In this document: positions 18,597-28,622 of the stretch, piece after piece
Layout of the letters: every line of letters begins with the position of its first letter
How positions within the stretch are numbered: position 1 is the first letter of the stretch
Assembly: GCA_020051015.1 (NCBI GenBank)
Contig: JAGVJQ010000038.1
Location: 6,485 to 70,484 of the forward strand
Direction of reading: 5' to 3'
Origin: Gammaproteobacteria bacterium
GTDB taxonomy: Bacteria; Pseudomonadota; Gammaproteobacteria; UBA1113
Length of the DNA stretch: 64,000 nucleotides
Position numbers and translations under genes: made by a program
Notes under the pieces: model-generated
The model's database searches: none
What the model was told of the DNA's origin: nothing
What the model saw: only the letters and a program-made list of their open reading frames with translations

Positions 18597-19039
18597 TAAA
18601 CGTCATCTATTGTGGCTGTTGCAATTAAAAAACTTTGCTTTTCAAGCGAATTTTTCTGCTCAGATTGATTCATTGCAACCTGTGAATTTAATTCTGAAAT
18701 GACTTTATGTGCTTCTTCAATTACATCTGGATCGGTACTATAACTAATAATTTCTGATAATAGCTCAATTGCTTGTTCTACTAAATTAGGGTTTTCAGCT
18801 AACGTACGTGACCATGCAATGGCTTCCGTAAAATTACGCATTGCGATATATGTTTTTGCTAATTCATAAATGGCTTGCGGCATACCTAACTCAGCACCGT
18901 AAAATGTACGTTTAAAGGCAGGATCACCTAACAGCGATCTTACAAAATTTTGGCCATCGACCATGGGAAAGTTCCCTGATTTAAAAATTGGTTTACATTG
19001 ACATTGAACCAGCATAAAGCACTTATTGCAATGTCTCAA
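18596..19039 (-). CDS. hypothetical protein (start uncertain; an internal Met at MVDGQ... is possible)
   Basis: ORF on the track. Its stop codon directly abuts the right TIR of the 18385-18596 element. No family recognised. Confidence 0.45.
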   Translation of the reverse strand: MRHCNKCFMLVQCQCKPIFKSGNFPMVDGQNFVRSLLGDPAFKRTFYGAELGMPQAIYELAKTYIAMRNFTEAIAWSRTLAENPNLVEQAIELLSEIISYSTDPDVIEEAHKVISELNSQVAMNQSEQKNSLEKQSFLIATATIDDV

Positions 19040-19227
19040 TGTCTTTTTCTAATTTAACGAAAAAGGATTAAGAAAATATTAACTATAGGTTATACTAGAA
19101 CACGTTAAATTTTCAAATACTTTCCACATATGGGTTTTCGTTATTTTATGGAGAGTATGGCCTATGGATAACTGGTAAAAAATTGCGTTACTTTTCCACT
19201 AGGCTACTAAAAAAGGATAACATATCG

Positions 19228-20256
19228 ATGAAAAAATGGGGTTGGCTTGGAATAATTTTTATTTTGCTTACGCAACCTATCTTTGCCGCAAATGTAGACG
19301 TGCGGCCAGGCGCGCCCGCTGTTTATACTGTCCAACCCGGTGATACATTAATTGGCATTGCAAGCCGATATCTCAATGATCCAAGTGATTGGCCATTATT
19401 GTTGCAAAACAATCCCCAGGTTCGAAATCCTTACTTACTTTATCCTGGTGAAATTTTGACCTTAAATACAGAAAGTGGCTCCTCCCGTTTAGTAGTAAGT
19501 AAAGGCGGCACGATTAAACTGACGCCACAAATTCGCAGTTATCCCATCGACAAACCTATTCCTATTATTCCCTTGTCAATGATCAAACCTTTTTTAAATG
19601 GAGCGTTGGTTGTTAATCAAGCACAGTTAAAAAGTGCACCTTACATCGTTGCCCATGCAGATAAACACATTACGACCGGCGCGGGTGATACGATTTATGT
19701 TATGAATTTACCCGAGTCTAAACCTGGTACCGAGTTTGCCCTATTCAGACAAGGTAATGCCTTTAAAGATCCTGTTACAAAAGCCGTTTTAGGTTATAAG
19801 GCAATTAATGTCGGTTTCGCCGAGTTAGAAAAAAACGGCAACCCTGCAACCATGTTAATCACTGAAACAACACGGGAAGTTTTGACAGGTGACCGCTTGC
19901 AACCTTCATCGCGTGCGCAAATTAATACTGATTTTATCCCCACCAATCCTAGCTATCCTGTACGTGGTCAAATTATCGATGTATTAGAGGGTGTAACACA
20001 AATCAGCCAATACCAAATTGTTGTGATTGACCTTGGCATGATGAATGGCATGAAAGCAGGTAATTTACTCGATATTTACCAGCTTGGCGCAACAATCAAA
20101 GATCCTGTTAATAAAGAGAAAGTTAAATTACCTGATGAACATGCTGGTCAAATGATGGTATTTCGCGTATTTGATCGCGTGAGCTATTGCATCGTATTAA
20201 TTGCGACAGCGCCTATTCATACGCTTGATATTGTCACCAATCCTAAAAATAGTTAA
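19228..20256 (+). CDS. LysM peptidoglycan-binding protein, TsaP-like
   Basis: Signal peptide (MKKWGWLGIIFILLTQPIFA) and LysM motif (YTVQPGDTLIGIASRYL...LYPGEIL). Conserved position upstream of dprA, as for TsaP in Pseudomonas and Neisseria. Confidence 0.65.
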   Translation: MKKWGWLGIIFILLTQPIFAANVDVRPGAPAVYTVQPGDTLIGIASRYLNDPSDWPLLLQNNPQVRNPYLLYPGEILTLNTESGSSRLVVSKGGTIKLTPQIRSYPIDKPIPIIPLSMIKPFLNGALVVNQAQLKSAPYIVAHADKHITTGAGDTIYVMNLPESKPGTEFALFRQGNAFKDPVTKAVLGYKAINVGFAELEKNGNPATMLITETTREVLTGDRLQPSSRAQINTDFIPTNPSYPVRGQIIDVLEGVTQISQYQIVVIDLGMMNGMKAGNLLDIYQLGATIKDPVNKEKVKLPDEHAGQMMVFRVFDRVSYCIVLIATAPIHTLDIVTNPKNS

Positions 20257-20272
20257 GAGGTAGGATATAATT

Positions 20273-21178
20273 TTGCAGGAAAAATATCATACTATTCACA
20301 TTGATGATGCAATTTATCCGAAATTATTAAAAGAAATTGCTAATCCACCTACAGTGCTATATGCCATTGGCAATATCGATTTATTGCATACCCCGCAAAT
20401 AGCCATCGTAGGCACACGAAAACCGACGATTAATGGTCGTGAAACGGCTAAGCAATTTGCTGCCTATTTGGCAAAAGCAGGTTTTACTATCACTAGTGGT
20501 TTAGCTTTGGGAATTGATGGGGCAAGTCATGAAGGGGCACTTCAAGTAGGAGGTAACACCATTGCTGTATTGGGTAATGGTTTGCATCATAGTTATCCTA
20601 AAAGTCATCGTCAATTACAATCACAGATTGCCGAACATGGGCTTTTATTGTCAGAATTCCCACCAACGACTGAACCGCGAGCTGAAAATTTTCCTAAGCG
20701 CAATCGAATTATTAGCGGCCTGAGTGTTGCTACCCTGGTGATTGAAGCAGCTGTTAAAAGTGGTTCCCTGATCACGGCCAATTTTGCCTGTGAGCAAGGC
20801 CGTGAGGTTTTTGCTATTCCAGGCTCAATTCATAATCCACAAGCACGCGGTTGCCATGCCCTCATTAAAAATGGTGCCAAACTCGTTGAAACGGTGACTG
20901 ATGTCCTCGAAGAGCTACAGTCATTGCTACAATTCCAACTCGAATTTCCTCAACCTACTAATAATACAGAAAATTTATCCTTGTCAGGACTGGATAAAAA
21001 GCTATCAAATGTGTTAAAATACATCGACTTTTGTCCAACCCCCATTGATGTGGTGATTGGACGTTGTGGTGGGGAGCATGATGCCATTTTCGCTGCACTG
21101 ATGCAGCTTGAGCTTGCTGGGTATATTATTTCTTCACCCACGGGTTACACCCGCGTTTCTCATTCAGTAAAAATATAA
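20273..21178 (+). CDS. dprA: DNA-processing protein DprA (Smf)
   Basis: IAIVGTRKPT, GLALGIDGASHEGAL and FPKRNRIISGLS motifs of the DprA Rossmann-like domain. TTG start as listed on the track. Confidence 0.85.
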   Translation: MQEKYHTIHIDDAIYPKLLKEIANPPTVLYAIGNIDLLHTPQIAIVGTRKPTINGRETAKQFAAYLAKAGFTITSGLALGIDGASHEGALQVGGNTIAVLGNGLHHSYPKSHRQLQSQIAEHGLLLSEFPPTTEPRAENFPKRNRIISGLSVATLVIEAAVKSGSLITANFACEQGREVFAIPGSIHNPQARGCHALIKNGAKLVETVTDVLEELQSLLQFQLEFPQPTNNTENLSLSGLDKKLSNVLKYIDFCPTPIDVVIGRCGGEHDAIFAALMQLELAGYIISSPTGYTRVSHSVKI

Positions 21179-21189
21179 CAGGTGAACAT

Positions 21190-21669
21190 ATGAAAGAAAG
21201 CGTCCTGGATGTGCTCATTTACTTATTTGAAAATTTCATGACCAGTGAAAAAATTGATTTTGAACCTGAATCACAAGAAATAAGTATCCGTCTGGAAGAC
21301 GCTGGATTCGAAACGAATGACGTGGTCAAAGCCATGCAATGGGTGTTAGAACTAAAAGAAAATGTCATGGCTGTAGCCTCTAATGACTATAACAGCTCAA
21401 TTCGTATTTTTTCTGTTGATGAACAATTCAAAATTTCACCCGCCATTCGCCATACCTTGTATTGCATGGAACGTGACGAAGTCATTACCCCCGCTATCCG
21501 CGAACTCATCATTGACCGAGTCATGGCGCTCGACCTTGAAGAAGTTCAAGTCGACCAGCTAAAGTGGATAATGTTGTTTGTATTATGCTTCCAAGGCCAA
21601 ATGCCCGTGCAAGTTCGCCGGCTGGAAGATGTTATCTTATTAGATAGCCAAAACGGCACCCTTCATTAA
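21190..21669 (+). CDS. smg: Smg protein (DUF494)
   Basis: MKESVLDVLIYLFENF N-terminus and the conserved dprA-smg-topA arrangement. Confidence 0.85.
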   Translation: MKESVLDVLIYLFENFMTSEKIDFEPESQEISIRLEDAGFETNDVVKAMQWVLELKENVMAVASNDYNSSIRIFSVDEQFKISPAIRHTLYCMERDEVITPAIRELIIDRVMALDLEEVQVDQLKWIMLFVLCFQGQMPVQVRRLEDVILLDSQNGTLH

Positions 21670-21873
21670 AACTTGCAAATTCCTCTAATATCTACCATTA
21701 TTGGCTGTTTATGCTGCTGTATTGTCTAATGGTCATAGATAGCACATTATTAAGCCGATGGGTTTTATAATGAATTTCTCTATTTTCCAAAGACTTACTG
21801 CCTGTAATCCTGGATTCTCATGCACTGTAGTGCCCGAAAATCCAGCTTAACAACACTTTTTTGTATTGAAATT

Positions 21874-24177
21874 ATGAGCAAACATTTAGTTATCGTTGAA
21901 TCGCCTGCCAAGGCAAAGACCATTGAAAAATATTTAGGAAAAGACTACCAAGTATTAGCTTCATTTGGTCACGTCCGTGACTTAAAACAAAAGAATGGGG
22001 CGGTTGACCCCGATAAAGATTTTCATATGGATTATGAAATTATTGAAAAAAATGCGAAACATGTGACGGCAATTGCCAAAGCATTGAAACAAGCTGATAG
22101 CTTATTACTCGCAACTGACCCGGACCGCGAAGGTGAAGCCATTGCCTGGTCAGTGCTTGAGTTAATGAAAGATCAAAAAGCATTAAAAGCGCAGACCGTT
22201 CAACGGGTTGTTTTCCACGAAATTACCAAGACAGCAATTAAAGATGCTATTGAACACCCCCGTAATTTAGATATGGATTTGGTCAATGCCCAACAAGCAC
22301 GTCGAGCCCTCGATTATTTGGTTGGTTATACTTTATCCCCCTTGTTATGGAAGAAAGTTCGCCGTGGTTTATCTGCTGGTCGAGTTCAAAGCCCTGCATT
22401 GCGTATGATCTGTGAACGCGAAGACGAAATTGAAAAATTCGTTACTCAAGAATATTGGACCCTGCATGCTGAAGCACAAACTGCGAAACAACCTTTTACA
22501 GCTAAATTAATTCAATATGATGGCGATAAATTAGAACAATTTAGCGTCACCAATGCCGAACAAGCACAATTAATACAAGCTACATTGCTGAAAAAAGCCA
22601 ATGGTGAACTCATCGTTGAAAAAGTTGATCGTAAACAACGCCGCCGTAACCCAGCAGCGCCATTTACCACCTCAACATTACAACAAGAAGCCGCACGTAA
22701 ATTAGGCATGACAGCTCAGCGCACCATGCGTATCGCCCAACAATTATATGAAGGGATTGATATCGGACAAGGTGCTGTTGGTTTAATTTCTTATATGCGT
22801 ACTGACTCTGTCAACTTAGCTGCAGAGGCATTAAAAGAAATTCGAGAATTAATCAACGAACGTTATGGCAAAGAATTCTTACCTGACGAAATACGTGAAT
22901 ATCGTACTAAATCGAAAAATGCGCAAGAGGCGCATGAGGCAATTCGCCCAACGTCTATTGGTCGTTTACCTGATGAAGTAAAATCTTATTTAACGATCGA
23001 GCAATATAAACTGTATTCATTAATTTGGAAGCGCACTATTGCCTGCCAAATGATACATGCCACCATTGATACCGTGAGCATTGATTTAAGTTGTGGTGAT
23101 AAAAATAATATTTTCCGCGCAACGGGCTCTACTATTCAACATCCTGGCTTTATTACTGTTTATCAAGAAGATCAAGATGACGCCAAGAAAGAAGAAGGCG
23201 AAGATGTATTGCTACCTAATATGAAAGAAGGCGAAAAAGTTGCCTTAAATGATATTACGACCGCACAACATTTTACTGAGCCACCACCACGTTATTCAGA
23301 AGCAAGCTTAATTAAAGCGTTAGAAGAACATGGTATTGGTCGTCCTTCAACGTATGCGTCCATTATCTATACTTTGCAGCAACGCGAATACGCTACGTTA
23401 GATAAAAAACGCTTTATCCCAAGTGATGTAGGACGTATCGTTAATCGCTTTTTAACCAATCATTTTACGCAATATGTTGATTATGATTTCACGGCTAAAT
23501 TAGAAGATGAGTTAGATGCTATTTCACGTGGTGAAAAAGCATGGGTGCCAGTATTGGATGATTTTTGGCGGCCATTTAACAGCCGTATTGATGAAGTTGA
23601 AACAACAGTGGCACGTAGTGATGTCACACAAGAAAAACTTGATGAGGCATGCCCAACTTGCGGAAAACCTTTATCAATTCGTCTTGGCAAACGTGGCCGA
23701 TTTATTGGTTGTAGCGGCTACCCAGAATGTAATTACACACGTAATTTAGATAACCCCCAAGGGGAAGCGGCAGAGCCAGAAACGCCTGTTATTATTGAAG
23801 GCCGTACTTGTCCAAGTTGTGATTCACCATTACAAATCAGGCAAGGTCGTTATGGTAAATTTATTGGTTGTACCACTTATCCAACCTGTAAATATATCGA
23901 GCCACTAAATAAACCAACAGACACCGGCATCGTGTGCCCCACATGTAACACGGGTACTATGCTGCAACGTAAATCACGTTACGGTAAATTATTTTATTCA
24001 TGCTCGCGTTACCCCGATTGTAAATATGCGATTTGGAATGAACCACTTGCGGAAGCTTGTCCAAAATGTAAATGGCCGATTCTAATGCTGAAAACGACAA
24101 AACGTCGTGGTACTGAAAAAGTATGCCCGCAAGAAGCATGTGATTTTACTGAAGTGGTAATACCGCCAGAAAAATGA
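21874..24177 (+). CDS. topA: DNA topoisomerase I with C-terminal zinc-ribbon repeats
   Basis: LVIVESPAKAKTIEKYLG TOPRIM start, the active-site region ISYMRTDS and four CxxC...C zinc-ribbon modules. ATG at 21874 is preferred over the track start at 21820. Confidence 0.95.
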   Translation: MSKHLVIVESPAKAKTIEKYLGKDYQVLASFGHVRDLKQKNGAVDPDKDFHMDYEIIEKNAKHVTAIAKALKQADSLLLATDPDREGEAIAWSVLELMKDQKALKAQTVQRVVFHEITKTAIKDAIEHPRNLDMDLVNAQQARRALDYLVGYTLSPLLWKKVRRGLSAGRVQSPALRMICEREDEIEKFVTQEYWTLHAEAQTAKQPFTAKLIQYDGDKLEQFSVTNAEQAQLIQATLLKKANGELIVEKVDRKQRRRNPAAPFTTSTLQQEAARKLGMTAQRTMRIAQQLYEGIDIGQGAVGLISYMRTDSVNLAAEALKEIRELINERYGKEFLPDEIREYRTKSKNAQEAHEAIRPTSIGRLPDEVKSYLTIEQYKLYSLIWKRTIACQMIHATIDTVSIDLSCGDKNNIFRATGSTIQHPGFITVYQEDQDDAKKEEGEDVLLPNMKEGEKVALNDITTAQHFTEPPPRYSEASLIKALEEHGIGRPSTYASIIYTLQQREYATLDKKRFIPSDVGRIVNRFLTNHFTQYVDYDFTAKLEDELDAISRGEKAWVPVLDDFWRPFNSRIDEVETTVARSDVTQEKLDEACPTCGKPLSIRLGKRGRFIGCSGYPECNYTRNLDNPQGEAAEPETPVIIEGRTCPSCDSPLQIRQGRYGKFIGCTTYPTCKYIEPLNKPTDTGIVCPTCNTGTMLQRKSRYGKLFYSCSRYPDCKYAIWNEPLAEACPKCKWPILMLKTTKRRGTEKVCPQEACDFTEVVIPPEK

Positions 24178-24207
24178 TTGTGACCAATGCAATATCATCA
24201 AGATTAA

Positions 24208-24310
24208 ATGTAGCCCGGATTAGCGCATCTCGATCTTACATATGTACCTATTTTTAGACATATATTGTAAGAACAAAAAACCATATATGCGCGTAATCCG
24301 GGATCAACAC
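24208..24310. repeat. nested palindromic element of the 'atgtagcccgg' type
   Basis: cccggattagcgcat pairs with atgcgcgtaatccggg. An inner palindrome is cttacatatgt / acatatattgtaag. It shares the atgtagcccg head with the 2376-2507 element. Confidence 0.5.
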
Positions 24311-24359
24311 TTGAGTTACGTACTCATAAACGTAAGATAGATCAAGACTGGAAAAAATC

Positions 24360-24911
24360 ATGAAAGACACCGACATTACAACTGCAGTTGCATTTCTTAA
24401 ACAAGGTGGCGTTATTGCTTACCCCACAGAAGGTGTATTCGGCCTTAGTTGTGATGCAAGCAATCTTTCTGCCGTACAACGAGTCATACAACTTAAGGGG
24501 CGCCCTCTGCACAAAGGTTTAATTCTCATCGCCTCAGCATGGGATCAATTACAACCTTATGTCAAAAAGCTAACTGATGAGCAAATGGCCATCATTATGG
24601 CAACCTGGCCAGGCCCTGTCACCTGGCTTGTACCTGCCGCTGAAAGTACCTCCAGCTTACTGACTGGTGATCATACTACTATTGCCGTTCGCATTACGGC
24701 ACACCCTATTGCACGCGAATTATGTGAGATCTTTGGCAAAGCATTAGTTTCTACCAGTGCCAATCGAAATACGTTAACACCTTGCACCACCGCCGAGGAA
24801 GTTTCTGCCATTTTTGAAGATGAATTAGATTTTATTCTCGAAGGTGCAACCGGCGGATTAACAGGCCCCACCACGATTCGTGATTTATTAACCGGTAAAG
24901 TTTTACGTTAA
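24360..24911 (+). CDS. tsaC: L-threonylcarbamoyladenylate synthase TsaC (YrdC)
   Basis: GGVIAYPTEGVFGLSCD and KGRPLHKGLILI motifs. 183 aa single-domain form. Confidence 0.85.
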   Translation: MKDTDITTAVAFLKQGGVIAYPTEGVFGLSCDASNLSAVQRVIQLKGRPLHKGLILIASAWDQLQPYVKKLTDEQMAIIMATWPGPVTWLVPAAESTSSLLTGDHTTIAVRITAHPIARELCEIFGKALVSTSANRNTLTPCTTAEEVSAIFEDELDFILEGATGGLTGPTTIRDLLTGKVLR

Positions 24912-25003
24912 GCCTTTCTTAAATAAGAACATTTCTTGCAATTGGGCAAATTTTGAACTAAAATAGCCGCCCTATAAAAATATGCCCAATTGAGATTAGA
25001 AAT

Positions 25004-25885
25004 ATGCCCAAACTTGCAACTCCGGCTACCTCAGCCGATATTATTGCTTTACTTAATAAAAAAGCATCTGATAAAGAAATTTATAATTATCTAGAAAGTA
25101 ATCCATCACTCTATGATAGGGTTAGCGCAACCGGTGATTCCCTATTACATTTGTTGATTTATTACAAAAGAGAACACCTCATCCTTGTCCTTCTTAATGG
25201 ATTAAAATGCATTCCAGCGGGAAAAATTGATATTCACAATGATCAACATGAAACACCTTTATACGCAAGTATTGTTGCTTGTTTACCTAAGGTGACGCAA
25301 GCGCTAATTGCGGCCGGGGCCAATATAACACCTTCAGATTCTGGTGAATCACTTTCAGTAACCCCATTATCCGCTTTTTTAAACATCGATTATCGACATT
25401 GTCATCATGATGCTCTTATGCAATTATTTACCATTTTCGCGAATCATTTAACATATCTTCCGGATTGTGAATTGTTAGAAAGTCACATCACCCATCAAAA
25501 TCACCGATTAGTACCTGGACTAATAGCAACATTTGATAAAATCCGCGCAGCACAAGCATCACAAGAAAAAATAGCTACCGATGAGAGGCCAAAGGTAGAA
25601 AAAATATTACAACAAGCCTTAGTTGTGTTAACAACGAGAAAAGATACTGTAGGGGCTAATGGAGAGGCTTCATGTTTAATCATGCGAGCACTAGAAACAT
25701 TAAAGCAAGAATCAGTAGCAATATTACAACAAGCACCTAGCCGTACTAAAGAAACTATTTTTTCTCGTCATTCTCCGCCGCCATCTCCAGGTATAACGAG
25801 CAAGGAACACCGTGCAACTCAAATGTCTTCAGATAATATCACTACTATTTCTGGAATGCGTAGAGCTGGTCATAGTTGTAATTAA
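25004..25885 (+). CDS. ankyrin-repeat protein (eukaryotic-like; candidate secreted effector)
   Basis: ANK-like units (GDSLLHLLIYYKREHLILVLLNG; HETPLYASIVACLPKVTQALIAAGANI). The C-terminal third is Ser/Pro-rich and low in complexity. Confidence 0.7.
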   Translation: MPKLATPATSADIIALLNKKASDKEIYNYLESNPSLYDRVSATGDSLLHLLIYYKREHLILVLLNGLKCIPAGKIDIHNDQHETPLYASIVACLPKVTQALIAAGANITPSDSGESLSVTPLSAFLNIDYRHCHHDALMQLFTIFANHLTYLPDCELLESHITHQNHRLVPGLIATFDKIRAAQASQEKIATDERPKVEKILQQALVVLTTRKDTVGANGEASCLIMRALETLKQESVAILQQAPSRTKETIFSRHSPPPSPGITSKEHRATQMSSDNITTISGMRRAGHSCN

Positions 25886-25956
25886 TATATTTATCTAACT
25901 TGCCAAAATTGAGTCGATAAAACATAATGGAAATGGAAAATATTTAGGAATAAATC

Positions 25957-26337
25957 ATGAGTCAAAATAAGCATTTCTCATTGCGTGGTGAAGAAAAATT
26001 TAAAACCATGCTTGGTGAAAAAAATTGGGAAGTCATTCAAAAAATTACGGATATCTCTCCTGATTTTGCCCAATATATTGTCGATATGGCTTATGGTGAT
26101 ATTTTTTATCGCCCAGGTTTTTCCGATAAAGATCGCGAATTAGCTGCAGTATGTTGCATGATTGGGCAAAGCAATTTGGGATTGCCTTTAAAAGCACATT
26201 TGCGCGGCATGATGAAAACCGGTTGGACAAAACAAGAAATAATTGAATTAATGATTCATTTAACTGCTTATGTCGGCTTTCCTAATACTGTTTCAGCATT
26301 AATGTTAGCTGACGAAGTATTTAAAGAAATGGAATAG
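25957..26337 (+). CDS. carboxymuconolactone decarboxylase (CMD) family protein
   Basis: DKDRELAAVCCMIGQ...ELMIHLTAYVGFPNTVSAL is typical of the CMD/PcaC-like family. Confidence 0.8.
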   Translation: MSQNKHFSLRGEEKFKTMLGEKNWEVIQKITDISPDFAQYIVDMAYGDIFYRPGFSDKDRELAAVCCMIGQSNLGLPLKAHLRGMMKTGWTKQEIIELMIHLTAYVGFPNTVSALMLADEVFKEME

Positions 26338-26357
26338 ACAATCAAATTCTTTTATTC

Positions 26358-26627
26358 TTAAGCAACATGAGCAATATCAAAATCTGGAAACAATAAAACC
26401 GCAGGATGAACATGAAGCGCCTTAGCAAAAGTTAAAGCTCGTTCTCGGCCTAATTGTCTAGTTCCATTTTCAAGAGCTGAGATATTAGATTGGGTAATAC
26501 CTGTTATTTCTGCCAATTGACTTTGGCTTAACCCCTGCAGTTCACGCAACATTTTCAATGCTTCGCCGGGAGTTATACTGACATGTACTTTGGCTTTAAC
26601 AAAATCATTTTTCTTAATTGAATTCAT
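26358..26627 (-). CDS. XRE-family HTH antitoxin (HigA-like)
   Basis: HTH core LRELQGLSQSQLAEITGITQSNISALENG. It follows the toxin gene by 4 nt when started at ATG 26627. The track alternative at 26651 would overlap the toxin gene. Confidence 0.8.
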   Translation of the reverse strand: MNSIKKNDFVKAKVHVSITPGEALKMLRELQGLSQSQLAEITGITQSNISALENGTRQLGRERALTFAKALHVHPAVLLFPDFDIAHVA

Positions 26628-26631
26628 AATA

Positions 26632-26919
26632 TTACCTGCGTTTATAGTCATGCGGGTTAATATCTATAACGTAGACTTCAAAACTATCTTTTTCTACTTT
26701 ATAAATAACTCGCCATTGTAATGTTAAACGTGAAGACCGATATCCAGCCCATTCACCCTTTAATGCCTCATCATGAAAGCCTTTTATCAACTTAAGCCCG
26801 TCCAATCCTTCTTGTTCAACAATTCGCTTCCAAACTTCATAATGTTGCAAAATAATTCTGGGAATTTTTGCAAATGATTTGAGGAGCGATTTTTTTTCAT
26901 ATATTTGCCACATATTCAT
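26632..26919 (-). CDS. RelE/ParE-superfamily type II toxin (toxin-first, HigB-like arrangement)
   Basis: 95 aa. The pattern KGFHDEALKGEWAGYRSSRLTLQWRVIYKVEKD..VYVIDINPHDY is typical of RelE-fold toxins. It pairs with the downstream HTH gene. Confidence 0.75.
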   Translation of the reverse strand: MNMWQIYEKKSLLKSFAKIPRIILQHYEVWKRIVEQEGLDGLKLIKGFHDEALKGEWAGYRSSRLTLQWRVIYKVEKDSFEVYVIDINPHDYKRR

Positions 26920-26989
26920 TATGATATATACTCAATTGTGTATTGTCAATTCTTATTGTTTCATAAAAGTTAAACTCTGTTGACCCTGA

Positions 26990-27982
<993 letters not shown>

Positions 27983-28004
27983 GACGAGATTATAGGAGAT
28001 AACT

Positions 28005-28550
28005 ATGCGAGTCACGGAATTGGATACGCGAAAAATTGCTTGGTATTTAAAACCATTTCTGTGGCATCAACAAAAAAAATATGGCACTGTGCTCAACCCC
28101 ACCTTAGTGTGGGCACAATGCCCGAAATTATTCATGGCAGTAGCTAGCTTATATGGTGTTATTGACCGTAAAAAATCACCTATTTCACCCGAGCTTCGAT
28201 CGTTAATCACAGTGCGCGTGTCACAGATCAATTGGTGTCGCTTTTGTGTCGATATCAATTCAGCCACCTTAATTAAGCGATCTGGCTCTGAAGAGAAATG
28301 TAAAGAGCTAGAAAATTGGAAAGAATCAAATTTATTTTCAGCACAAGAAAAGACAGCGTTGGATTATGCAGAAAAAATGACACATACCAATCAGACTGTG
28401 GATGATAGTTGCTTTGAAAAATTAAAACAATTTTTTTCAGAAAAGGCCATTATTGAATTAACTGCATTAATTGCTTTTCAAAATATGTCGAGTAAATTTA
28501 ATAGCGCACTCGACATTGCACCACAAGGTTTTTGCAATATTAAAAAATAA
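28005..28550 (+). CDS. AhpD-like / carboxymuconolactone decarboxylase family protein with a CxxC motif
   Basis: VSQINWCRFCVDINS (CxxC) and the helical CMD/AhpD-like pattern. Its last 15 codons form the left copy of a 46-bp direct repeat. Confidence 0.75.
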   Translation: MRVTELDTRKIAWYLKPFLWHQQKKYGTVLNPTLVWAQCPKLFMAVASLYGVIDRKKSPISPELRSLITVRVSQINWCRFCVDINSATLIKRSGSEEKCKELENWKESNLFSAQEKTALDYAEKMTHTNQTVDDSCFEKLKQFFSEKAIIELTALIAFQNMSSKFNSALDIAPQGFCNIKK

Positions 28551-28551
28551 A
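28506..28551 (+). repeat. 46-bp direct repeat, left copy (3' end of the AhpD-like gene; att-like)
   Basis: gcactcgacattgcaccacaaggtttttgcaatattaaaaaataaa recurs at 33229-33274 with a single synonymous a/g difference. Confidence 0.85.
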
Positions 28552-28570
28552 GCACTTTTTCATGATGAAG

Positions 28571-28604
28571 TATTTAGGATGTGTATTAAATCACACCCTA
28601 AATA
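28571..28604. terminator. hairpin between the AhpD-like gene and the 3' end of the LRR gene (possible bidirectional terminator)
   Basis: tatttaggatgtg (28571-28583) pairs with cacaccctaaata (28592-28604) at 12 of 13 positions. Confidence 0.4.
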
Positions 28605-28622
28605 TCCGCGTTATTCTAAATA

